A stretch of DNA of 63,627 nt, counting the filler, from Thraustochytrium aureum (Eukaryota), in NCBI GenBank assembly GCA_012862495.1. It is 4 parts of one record of this genome, joined end to end, with 100 filler letters (N's around TTAATTAATTAA, not from the genome) between each part and the next. Parts side by side here need not be neighbours in the genome. Positions count along the whole stretch, not along the records: positions 34,529 to 53,145 come from BLSG01000009.1; positions 53,246 to 63,627 come from BLSG01000009.1; 2 more parts are not named here. The stretch is one strand, 5' to 3'. Position numbers and translations under genes: made by a program. Below are positions 45,518 to 55,139 of the stretch, in pieces. The notes beneath the pieces were generated by a model that was not told the origin of the DNA, did no database searches, and saw only the letters and a list, made by a program, of their open reading frames with translations. Within the stretch, counting starts at the first letter, position 1. Each line of letters opens with the position of its first letter.

Positions 45518-46380
45518 CGCGCGCCTGCCGGGAACACCGCCTCATCAGGCAGAACCGCAGACAGAACTAGCCTATCTAGCAATCGACGCGAGTCCGCCGA
45601 TTCGTCAGCAAGGGCCGTGCACGAAGAGCGGGCGGAAGAGGGCGCCGACGAGCCCCCAACGCCCGCGACCATCGCGCATCGTTCAATCAGCATCGCAGCC
45701 CAGCAAGTCGCGAGCATCGACCAGGCAAAAGCATCGCAGGCACAGGCACAGGCAAGCCGGCCAGGCCAGCTCGCGCAACACCCGCACGAGGTCGCCACCC
45801 TGATCATTCCGCTCTTCCTTCTTCCGATCTGCACAACCAAAAAAGTCAGAACAGAGTTCAGAAACACCACCAACCAACAAAAAAAGCATCAGGAAAATCT
45901 CCCAGGCGCTGCTGTCTCAGGCGCTGGCGGGCCTGCCAGTGCAGCCTGACGAGAGTGAGGCCCTCGGCCAACGGAGAGTGAGCGCCCGTGGGCCGGAAGC
46001 ACGCACTCAGGCTCCTGCTTGCCCTCGGGCCTCGGGCCAGGATCGGAAGGAATCGCCGCCTCTGAACTGAGGAAGGAGTCAGTCAGTCCCCCCGCCACGC
46101 ACGCCGCAGCTGAGCATTCGACAGCTCTCTCTCTCTCTTGTCTTGCCACGACAGCGCGGGCGATGGTGGGCGGCCGCGGGAGGTAAGTAAAGTAGAGCTG
46201 CAGAGGGCTGCGATGCTTTTGGATGCGCTTCGTCGCGCAAAAAAACGTCGATCTTCGAGTCCAATCTGCCGCTGGGCAGATCCCCAACGCTAGTGAGCTT
46301 CGATCGCGACCGAGCAGCAGCAGTGCAGCGCAAGGACGAGAAGAGCGTCGAGGCAGTTAGAAGGCAGAAAGGCAGGCAGG

Positions 46381-47565
46381 ATGGGCGGCGAGACGATTGC
46401 CACGCCGTTGACCAAGCTGTTCGGCATCCAGCGCCCGATCATGCTCGCTGGGATGAACGTCGCTGCGGGGCCCGAGCTGGCCGCTGCCGTGACAAACGCC
46501 GGCGGACTCGGGGTGATCGGCGGGGTCGGGTACACGCCCAAGATGCTGCGCAAGACCATCGCCGAGCTCAAGGGTTTCCTCAAGGACAAGAACGGGCCGT
46601 TTGGCGTGGACCTGCTCCTGCCCCAGGTCGGCGGCAACGCGCGCAAGACCAACTATGACTACACCAAGGGCCAGCTGCCCGAGCTGATCGACATTATCAT
46701 CGAGGAGGGCGCCAAGCTCTTCGTGTCCGCCGTCGGCGTGCCACCCACGTGGGCCGTCGAGAAGCTCCACAAGGCCGGCATCCCGGTTGCCAACATGGTC
46801 GGCGCCGTCAAGCACGCAGCCAAGGCGCTCGACGTGGGCGCCGACATCANNNNNNNNNNNNNNNNNNNNNNNNNNNNNNNNNNNNNNNNNNNNNNNNNNN
46901 NNNNNNNNNNNNNNNNNNNNNNNNNNNNNNNNNNNNNNNNNNNNNNNNNNNNNNNNNNNNNNNNNNNNNNNNNNNNNNNNNNNNNNNNNNNNNNNNNNNN
47001 NNNNNNNNNNNNNNNNNNNNNNNNNNNNNNNNNNNNNNNNNNNNNNNNNNNNNNNNNNNNNNNNNNNNNNNNNNNNNNNNNNNNNNNNNNNNNNNNNNNN
47101 NNNNNNNNNNNNNNNNNNNNNNNNNNNCTCGCGATGGGCGCCAGCGCCGTCTGGGTGGGCACTCGCTTCGTGGTCTCCAAGGAGGCCGGCGCACCCCCGC
47201 GCCACCAGCAGGCGATCCTCAAGGCCGGCTACAGCGACACTGTCCGCACCATCATCTACACCGGGCGCCCGATGCGCGTGCTGCGCTCCGAGTACGTCAA
47301 CGAGTGGGAGACGCAGCGCCCCCAGGAGATCCGCAAGCTCACCAGCGAGGGCAAGCTGCCCGCGGTGGTCGACCTCGAGCAGAAGAAGAAGGAGGGCAAG
47401 GAGATGAGCTTCCAGGACCAGCTCAACATGACCCCGTTGCTCATGGGCAAGTGCGCCGGGGCCATTGAGGGGGAGATCCCGACCGCCAAAGAGATCATGG
47501 ACGAAATGGTCGACACGGCGGTGGCCATCCTCAAGAAGAACGTGCAGCTCGTCAGCTCGCTCTAG
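46381..47565 (+). CDS. Nitronate monooxygenase / 2-nitropropane dioxygenase family flavoprotein; middle in N gap
   Basis: LTKLFGIQRPIMLAGMN..AGPELAAAVTNAGGLGVIGG, PFGVDLLLPQVGGNARKTNYDY, LAMGASAVWVGTRFV, TIIYTGRPMRV, LLMGKCAGAI. Confidence 0.93.
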   Translation: MGGETIATPLTKLFGIQRPIMLAGMNVAAGPELAAAVTNAGGLGVIGGVGYTPKMLRKTIAELKGFLKDKNGPFGVDLLLPQVGGNARKTNYDYTKGQLPELIDIIIEEGAKLFVSAVGVPPTWAVEKLHKAGIPVANMVGAVKHAAKALDVGADIXXXXXXXXXXXXXXXXXXXXXXXXXXXXXXXXXXXXXXXXXXXXXXXXXXXXXXXXXXXXXXXXXXXXXXXXXXXXXXXXXXXXXXXXXXXXXLAMGASAVWVGTRFVVSKEAGAPPRHQQAILKAGYSDTVRTIIYTGRPMRVLRSEYVNEWETQRPQEIRKLTSEGKLPAVVDLEQKKKEGKEMSFQDQLNMTPLLMGKCAGAIEGEIPTAKEIMDEMVDTAVAILKKNVQLVSSL

Positions 47566-47643
47566 CTCTAGCTGGAGGGAGTGTCGAACGGCCCGGAGGA
47601 TGCTCAGTAATTATTTGTTTTACGACACACCTTGTTGCAGCAC

Positions 47644-49250
47644 TCAGTCCACGAGCGTGTCAATGCGCAGTCCTCTGCTTCCCGCCGACTCTGCCCGAGC
47701 AAGCGGCGGCGGCGCCAGCGGCGCAGTGAGGTCGTCCTCCTCGCTGCTCTGGCGCCGCACCAACGTGCTTCGTTTTGTACAGCTCACCGCGAAGTGCTTG
47801 AGGAGAAGCGCAACCGCGAGAGCCAGAACGACAAACACGATGCTGCAGGCGATGATGATGGCCTTGATGTGCGTCGAGGTGAACGTCACGTCGGGCAGCG
47901 TCGAGCAAGCGTACCGCGAAAGGTACTGCCCGCAGCCGAACGCATTTGCGTCCAACGCCGAGACGTTCCACAGGTTTGTGAGCGCAGTTCGGACCACGAC
48001 GCCGTCGGTGGTGAACCGGCCCTCGGCCGCCAGAACTGCGTCGCGGGGCAGCAAGTACTCGACATAGTCCTGGAGCAGCGCCCTGTCGCAACCCAAGTCC
48101 ACCGTGCAGTGCACTTGCAGCTCCGACTCCAGCGCGTCTCGCATTGGCTCCCAGGAGTAGNNNNNNNNNNNNNNNNNNNNNNNNNNNNNNNNNNNNNNNN
48201 NNNNNNNNNNNNNNNNNNNNNNNNNNNNNNNNNNNNNNNNNNNNNNNNNNNNNNNNNNNNNNNNNNNNNNNNNNNNNNNNNNNNNNNNNNNNNNNNNNNN
48301 NNNNNNNNNNNNNNNNNNNNNNNNNNNNNNNNNNNNNNNNNNNNNNNNNNNNNNNNNNNNNNNNNNNNNNNNNNNNNNNNNNNNNNNNNNNNNNNNNNNN
48401 NNNNGGAACAGGTTTGCGTCGAGTTGCACCCGACGAGCGTGGCCATGCTCACGTTCAAGTTGACCACCATGGCGCGGAAAGAGGTCCAGTCCTCAGCGAG
48501 CTTTTGGCATCCAGCCCGACCTTTGCGCGGGAACGTGCCCGCGGGGTCGAGCGGATCCCCCGCGTACGTGCACAGCCCGCGCAGGAGCCCCTCGATTTCC
48601 CTGGCGTTTCGGCTGTCGGCCACCGCGTCGCGCACGAGGCGCGTGAGCTCCAGAAACTTGCCTGCCATGTTCCAGCAGAGCGAGTCGTGCATGGTGAGCA
48701 CGAGCGGCGCCGCCTCGCCCTCGCCTTCCACCAAGTAGAGCTTTTGGTATGGGTCGCAAATCGAGCACAGCAGCCCGCTGACGTAGCCAACCACGGCGTT
48801 CACAAAAGCGTTCGTGCGGACGAGCACGTTTTGGTTGTCCAGCGAGGCGACCAGCCGGTTGACGTTTTCGCTGGCGACGTCCCACACCAGAGAAAAGTCT
48901 GCGTTGATCGAAAAGGCGCGCAGCGAGAGCTCCCGCAGCGCCAGAAGAAACAGCTCGTCGGCATGGCTCACGAACCTGCCGGCCGCCTGCACGACGCCAT
49001 CATACCACAAGTCATACGCCTCGAACGCGCCGGCGACGCCCACGAACGCGTCGAGCCTGCAGCACGTCACCTTGCGTCCGCACACCGAGCTGCTCAGCGC
49101 CTGCGGGCTCTCCACGAACGTCAAGTTGGGCAGCGCCACAGCCCTGCGGGCCGACGCCAGCCTCTGCTCGCATATCGCTGCCCCGCATCCAGGCGCCACC
49201 ACCGCTGCCGCCACCACCACGGCCACGCCCAGCCTCCAGCCGCGCGCCAT
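47644..49250 (-). CDS. Cys-rich type I membrane protein, possibly folate-receptor/NPC1-NTD-like ectodomain; interrupted by N gap
   Basis: Signal peptide (LGVAVVVAAAVVAPGCGA), SVCGRKVTCC, LLCSICDPY, HDSLCW, C-terminal TM (AIIIACSIVFVVLALAVALLL) and short tail in ORF 47644..48429. The domain call rests on Cys spacing only. Confidence 0.7.
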
Positions 49251-49358
49251 AGATACACCAAGGCACCTGCGCCGTCCGTGTCGTTCCTGCCTGCCTGCCT
49301 GCCTGCCTGCCGCCGCGAGGCGTCCCTGGAGCGTCTCCGGGAGCGGCCGAGCCCCTGG

Positions 49359-49691
49359 ACCTTGTCTCGCGTGGATGGATGTACTCTAAGTACGTACCAG
49401 TATGGATGGATGGATGGATGGATAGGTGTCCCGGGAAGATGGATTGCCGCGACGCGATGGCCGCGATGCCACAAGCTCGCGGCGGCCGCGACGCCGGCCG
49501 CGATGCCCGCGCGCTCAGGCTGCGGCCGAGCTCCGGGCCCTTGTCCCGCGCGAACGGATGTGAGTACCTACGGATGGATGGATGGATAGACGTCCCTGGA
49601 AGATGGCTGGCCGGCCGCGATGCGATGCGATATCCGCGACGCGATGGCCGCGACGCCCACTCTCGCGGCGGCCGCGATGCCGGCCGCGATG
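49359..49691. repeat. ~180-bp imperfect tandem duplication with (GGAT)n and GGCCGCGA(T/C)G motifs, running into an N gap
   Basis: CCTTGTC(T/C)CGCG...GGATGGATGGAT...GGAAGATGG...CCGCGACGCGATGGCCGCGA(T/C)GCC...CTCGCGGCGGCCGCGA(C/T)GCCGGCCGCGATG at ~49359 and ~49539. Confidence 0.8.
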
Positions 49692-50166
49692 NNNNNNNNN
49701 NNNNNNNNNNNNNNNNNNNNNNNNNNNNNNNNNNNNNNNNNNNNNNNNNNNNNNNNNNNNNNNNNNNNNNNNNNNNNNNNNNNNNNNNNNNNNNNNNNNN
49801 NNNNNNNNNNNNNNNNNNNNNNNNNNNNNNNNNNNNNNNNNNNNNNNNNNNNNNNNNNNNNNNNNNNNNNNNNNNNNNNNNNNNNNNNNNNNNNNNNNNN
49901 NNNNNNNNNNNNNNNNNNNNNNNNNNNNNNNNNNNNNNNNNNNNNNNNNNNNNNNNNNNNNNNNNNNNNNNNNNNNNNNNNNNNNNNNNNNNNNNNNNNN
50001 NNNNNNNNNNNNNNNNNNNNNNNNNNNNNNNNNNNNNNNNNNNNNNNNNNNNNNNNNNNNNNNNNNNNNNNNNNNNNNNNNNNNNNNNNNNNNNNNNNNN
50101 NNNNNNNNNNNNNNNNNNNNNNNNNNNNNNNNNNNNNNNNNNNNNNNNNNNNNNNNNNNNNNNNNN

Positions 50167-50887
50167 GATGGCCGCGCTCGCGGCCAGGGACGGGGCGGTG
50201 AATGCTGCGATGGTGGTCGCGGCGGAAGGGAGGCTCGCGGGCGATGCAGCGCGCGTGGAGAGCGTGGCGAGGCCGCTGCCGAGCGGGCACAAGGAGGCGG
50301 CGCAAGGGGTGGTCGCTGCGTGTGCTGGGTGCGCCGCGGCGCTGTGCCCCGGGAAGACCTGCTCGGTGAAGACGAAACGGCGCAAGCGCGCGGCCCCGGG
50401 GGAGGCGCGCTGCCTGTTTGTGGTTACGTGCTCGGCGTGCGGGACGGTGCGGCACGTCGGCCGCGGCTCAGGGCGGCGCGAGCTCGCGGACAAGCGGCAC
50501 GACGCCGAGCTCGCGCGGCTCGAGCCAACACTGGGCAAACGCCGCGTCTCCCAGATGCGCAAGGACCGTAACAAGCTGGTCAAGCTGCAGAGACGCCAAG
50601 AGGCGCCGCTTGGCGGGGCCCTCAGAGCTGCGTCCAAGCACGCGCTCAGCGTCATGGCTGCGTCAGGGGGCGCCCCTAGCGCTGCGGCTGGGCTGACGCT
50701 TCTCGAGCGTCTCGAGCTGGAGGAGAGGGCAAAGAAGGGGAAGGGCAGCGCTGCCAGTTCGACCAGGACTGCGGTTTCGACGCCAGGGCTTCCTGCCGCG
50801 CCGGCCGCGAAGCCCGCGGTCTCGACCGGCTCAGGCTCTCTGAGCGCATTCTTGAACGCGCTTCAGGGCGGGAGGGCCAAGAGATAG
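50167..50887 (+). CDS. Rpr2/RPP21/Snm1-like zinc-ribbon protein (RNase P/MRP subunit-like); 5' end possibly in N gap
   Basis: ACAGCAAALCPGKTCSVKTKRRKR...LFVVTCSACGTVRH gives the CxxC..PG..(basic)..CxxC pattern of the Rpr2 family, followed by a basic low-complexity tail ending LSAFLNAL. Confidence 0.6.
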
Positions 50888-51144
50888 AGGGTTTGCACTG
50901 GCTGTCCGCGGGGAGCCCGTGGTCCCGACCGGCTCACTGAGCGCATCCTTGGACGCGCGTCGGGGCCGGAGGGTCAACTTGAGGAGGTAGAGAGGTTGCA
51001 CTGGATGCCCGCTCGCTTGCCGTTTATTAAAAATGAAAAACAGTTCACTCCGAAGGCGTGTGGCCACGTGCGCGCGCGAGACTACCTACGCCGCGCTGCC
51101 GCAACGCGAGCGGCCAGACTCCAGGGCAGGACTTGCGTTGGCTC

Positions 51145-52889
51145 CTATGAAGATGCGGCGGCCGCGCCTTTCCTGGTCCTCTTCTTTACAGTCGAGGCAT
51201 TGCTTGGGATGGTCTTGAGCAGCGGGCTCGCTGCCGACGCGGCCGCCGGCGCCGACCCAGAATCGACGCCGCCATTCCCAGCCTCCTCCTCTTCCTCCTC
51301 CATCTCGTGCTTTCTCGACTTGTCGACTGGGTAGATCCAGCGCTGATAGAGGTAAATGAAGAATACGAGGTCGTCTCGGAAACAACTGAGCCGGTGCAGC
51401 GTCGGCATGCGGATGATAAAGGCAAACAGGTCGTCGATGAAGGTATTCAGCGCCTTGTACATGAAAAACTTCCAGGGCAGGTGGGCCACGCTCTTGAGCT
51501 TGTAGTTGATGAAGATCTGCGGCGTCATCATCACAAAGCCAAACGCGTACACGCAAGAGGCCGCGCTGGAAATGAACCAACCCCACCACCCGGTGTGCTT
51601 GTGAAACACCAGCGAGTGCCCGGCGTAGCCCAGGACGACGGGCATCAGCACCGCAAGCATCGTGTTGGTCGCCGTGTTGTCCAGCTTGCTCGTGGACTCC
51701 CCGCCCTCGATCGAAAAGGCGCGCCGCACCTTCCAGATCTGCACGACCAGGCCGAAACCGGACGGCACCAAAACGAGCATCGAGGCGTTCTGTTCGAACA
51801 AGTAGGCTGTGATGACGACCTGCGACACCAAGTCAGTGAAGAGGGTGCGCACCGAGAGCCCCTTGGTGGACTTGGTTGAGCTCCAAAACGAAATGTCCGA
51901 CTTGAAAGCGAGGACGTCGAACAGGATGTGCACCAGGGACACGAGCATGGTGACCCCGAGCAAAAGGGGTTCCGTCTCGGTTAGCATGTGCCGCAGATCG
52001 TCTATGTCCTTCTCAGTGGCGCCCATCTGCTTTTGCAGGGCGAGGGTTTGCTCCATGTGCGCGTTGAACTGCCACCGGGCCAGCGACATGGGGCCCACCT
52101 CGATCTTGAGCGGGAGCACGTGGTTTGTTTCGTTGACTTGGATCAACTTGTCCTTTGTCATTCCGAGCTGATTCGCGTACACGACCGGCTCGTACCGCTT
52201 GGTCGCAGCGTTCTTCCGAAGGTACCCGAGCACGGTGTTTGGCGTCGTGGGTATGGGCCACTCGGTCCAATCAGCTACGAGCTGGGCCGAGGCGAGGGGG
52301 ACCCAGTATCCGACGAGGTCTCTGAGCCCGTCGCGGGGACGCCGAGCTCCTCATTGTCGTCCTCAGGGACGAACGCGCCGATCCAGGGCCAGTCCTTGAC
52401 GAGGTACCGCTTTGGCGGCTTTGGCGTCTCGTGCTCGAAGCGCACCATTCGGACCGACTTCCAAAGCTCTTGCTCCCCTCGCCGCGTGCGGAACGCCACG
52501 AATGCGGAGCCGTTGCGCTCAATGCCGTGCCAGATCTCCGGGCCCACCTTGTCAAACGTGAGGTTCATCTCTGTGCTCGCGGTATCGCTTGCTGTAAACT
52601 TGATCGGCCCAGACTGCCAGAGCTCGACGGCGCCGACGCAGTTTCCCTCAGAGTCAAACCTGGGCTTGTACGGCGACATGGACAGGAACGCGGCCACGTC
52701 AAACGCGGTCCCTTCCTCCCATTGGGGCTTGATTACCGGGTGCACCTTGCCGGTCAGTGCGTCAACGCGCTCGACCGTCCATTGGGGGTTGACTATCTCA
52801 AACAAGGACTTGCTCGTAAAACCGAGGTACGCCACGAAGAGCGCAATAACCACGTTCTGGAACGACAGCCACCACGGCACAAACCCCAT
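51145..52889 (-). CDS. CLPTM1: CLPTM1/CLPTM1L family multi-pass ER membrane protein; frameshift near 52330-52345
   Basis: LLGVTMLVSLVHILFDVLAFKSDISFW, GLSVRTL, FGFVMMTPQIFINYKLKSVAHLPWKFFMYKALNTFIDDLFAFIIRMPTLHRLSCFRDDLVFFIYLYQRWIYPVDKSR is the family signature. Confidence 0.93.
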
Positions 52890-52991
52890 CGTCCCTATCC
52901 TGCGGTCCGCTGCCGGGCCGCCTCCACGTCACCTCGCGCAAGGCTCTACTGTCTGTCTCTCGCTCGCTCGCTTCTGTTCTTGTCGCTCATT

Positions 52992-53069
52992 GTTCAATCG
53001 ATTGCAACTTCTGGTTCAATCGATTGCAACTTCTGGTTCAATCGATTGCAGCTTCTGGTTCAATCGATT
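52992..53069. repeat. 22-bp tandem repeat GTTCAATCGATTGCAACTTCTG x~3.5, ~100-180 bp upstream of the CLPTM1 start
   Basis: Direct reading. Each full unit contains the palindrome CAATCGATTG. Confidence 0.9.
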
Positions 53070-53145
53070 CAGAACAGAGCGATGGCAAATTGAAGCGCGC
53101 TGCAGCGTAGTTCATGCCAAGGTCAACCCCGCCCCGCCGCCGACG

Positions 53146-53245
53146 NNNNNNNNNNNNNNNNNNNNNNNNNNNNNNNNNNNNNNNNNNNNTTAATTAATTA
53201 ANNNNNNNNNNNNNNNNNNNNNNNNNNNNNNNNNNNNNNNNNNNN
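53146..53245. other. Artificial scaffold-joining linker
   Basis: 44 N + TTAATTAATTAA (53190-53201) + 44 N. Confidence 0.97.
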
Positions 53246-55139
53246 GCCTTGTGCAGTGGCGTAAAGCGTGCCAGCGAGAAGAGTCATTCACGCCCTGGCC
53301 CTTTGCCACAGGCGCCTTCCGTTCGCACAAGGACCTGCGGCCGGGGGCTGTGATCCAGATGTCACCAGTCAAGCACAATTTGGGCGCCCCGCGTCATGAT
53401 GAAGCCCTGAAAAAGTCTCCTCGAGCTGGTCCAATGTGCGCTGATCGTCGTTTGACGCGGTGCGTTTGGTGCCCTCCTGTCGCCCACATCTGCCCGTGTT
53501 GCATGGTTGCTGTTCATTGGCGTGTAGTATGCTTGGCGTGTGGTTGGTATGCTGGAGCACGGAGTGCTCACTAAGTACGTTCATACACGGTCGGTGACCA
53601 GGCCATGCTTGCGTCAGTAGGGTCTTCCAGCTTGCGGTGCAGAGCGAGGGAAATCGCAGGCCGCGCACGTCTGTACTGTCCCACGGCCGCACGGGCAGGC
53701 AGTAGGTACGATCAAGCCAGTCAGTGAGTGCTCCAACCGAGCTTCGAGGATGAGCTTTTGGACCGCTTGCAAAATGTCGTTGGGGCCGTTGGATTCCTGT
53801 GGTCGTGATCCGAGGGCCTGCCCGCCCGCCCTTTGCTCTGCATGATTGATGTTGGTTCACCAAATCAGCGCGCAGGGTGGGCCGATTGTCGGAGGTCACG
53901 TCTTGTGTGGTCTCGGGGTGGCGGTCTGTTTTTTTGTTCGCAAAGCCGCAAGAGAGCCGCCCGACCGCGCGGCCAACGGCTTTCGAGGCTGTCAAACTTC
54001 AACAGAGTTGAAAACAAGTACAGCGAAGGTTACCCAACGCACAACGGCTGTCAGTGACAGCGACATGCGGAAGGAATGCAAATTCCTGTGTGGCGGCTAC
54101 CCGAATTGTCGAGGGCGAATTCGATAATGAGTGTGGCCACGTGCTGGTGGATGCTTTTTGATCCGGTCTGAGCACTCCGGCCTGGTCTGCGTTCGACGAG
54201 GATTGATTGCTACTCCAGGCTGCATGACTCGGCCTTCACAAGACAGGTTCTCGGATGGATCGATCATTCTCATCGCAGTACTGGAGGGCGAGGCGGAGGC
54301 CGAGGCGGAGGCCGAGAGGGAGGGCGAGAGCGCAGCTATGCTCACAATCTCAAATCACAATCTCAAATTTCGAGCAACCTCGAGTCTAACGGCGGCATAC
54401 GTTTCGGAAAAGCTTGCGTGCCCATCAGAACTGAGAACCATTTCTTCCAACCAACTCGGACGGGTGCATCCGCCTCTTACCTTTTAGCAAGGAGGATCCT
54501 CCTTGCTTTTAGTCAGTTGACCGAAGCGAGCGATCTCGCAGCTTTTGTACGAGAGTCTGCTGCGGCTCCCTCCCCAATGGTGCTCCTCCATGTAGGTCTA
54601 TGCTGAGATACGTCGAAGCGCTCGCGCACAACGGACATCTGGCTCCTCTACCGGAGAAGAGACTCGACAAACCGGTTAGAGGTTTGCACAGCATCATGCC
54701 GCAGCCACAACCACTTCATCTGAATGATGAATAATTAGCAACTGGTGTCAGCGTTCGTGAGCCAACAGTGCTCTCGTTGTAGAAGTCAGTTCAATGTGAA
54801 ACGTTCTTGGCAACGAGCAAAATAGTTGTTGGCAAGAATGAGGCCCCAGCGAGCGAGAGTGTCGAATTCTCCTGGGTCTATGCGGCCAAGGCCGTCTTCT
54901 GCGGTGCGGTATTTTCAGTTCCATACTTATGGTGCCTGAATCCTGGTGCGAAGTATTCTGCTTTGAGACCAGCAGACTCAGAATACCGCATGCACGCACC
55001 AGGTCGGCAACGCTGAGCAGCACAGCACAGCACAGGAAATAACGTTGGATCGCCGCGCAAGCTTGCGACAGCATTTCACTCTCCCTTGCAGGTTTGCAGG
55101 ACGGCAGGCAGCACCTGAGCGGCGAACGCAGGGCTCACG

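Noticed and set aside
46183..46380. Possible 5'-UTR intron upstream of the nitronate monooxygenase (GTAAGT donor at 46183)
   Set aside because: The donor is a good match, but several AG acceptors are possible and there is no transcript evidence, so it was not listed as a feature.
37845..47565. ABCA + SDR + nitronate monooxygenase as a co-oriented metabolic gene cluster
   Set aside because: They share only orientation. There is no core biosynthetic enzyme or evident pathway link, and three same-strand genes are expected by chance.
4100..49420. Microsatellites (GGC)n, (TTG)n, (GAT)n, (GCAC)n, (GCCA)n, (GCCT)n, (GGAT)n near gene 5' ends
   Set aside because: These are ubiquitous simple repeats that appear to be genome background and are not individually informative.
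53246..55139. Short ORFs upstream of the TmcB-like gene
   Set aside because: No recognisable motifs or consistent coding bias, so treated as intergenic or unknown.
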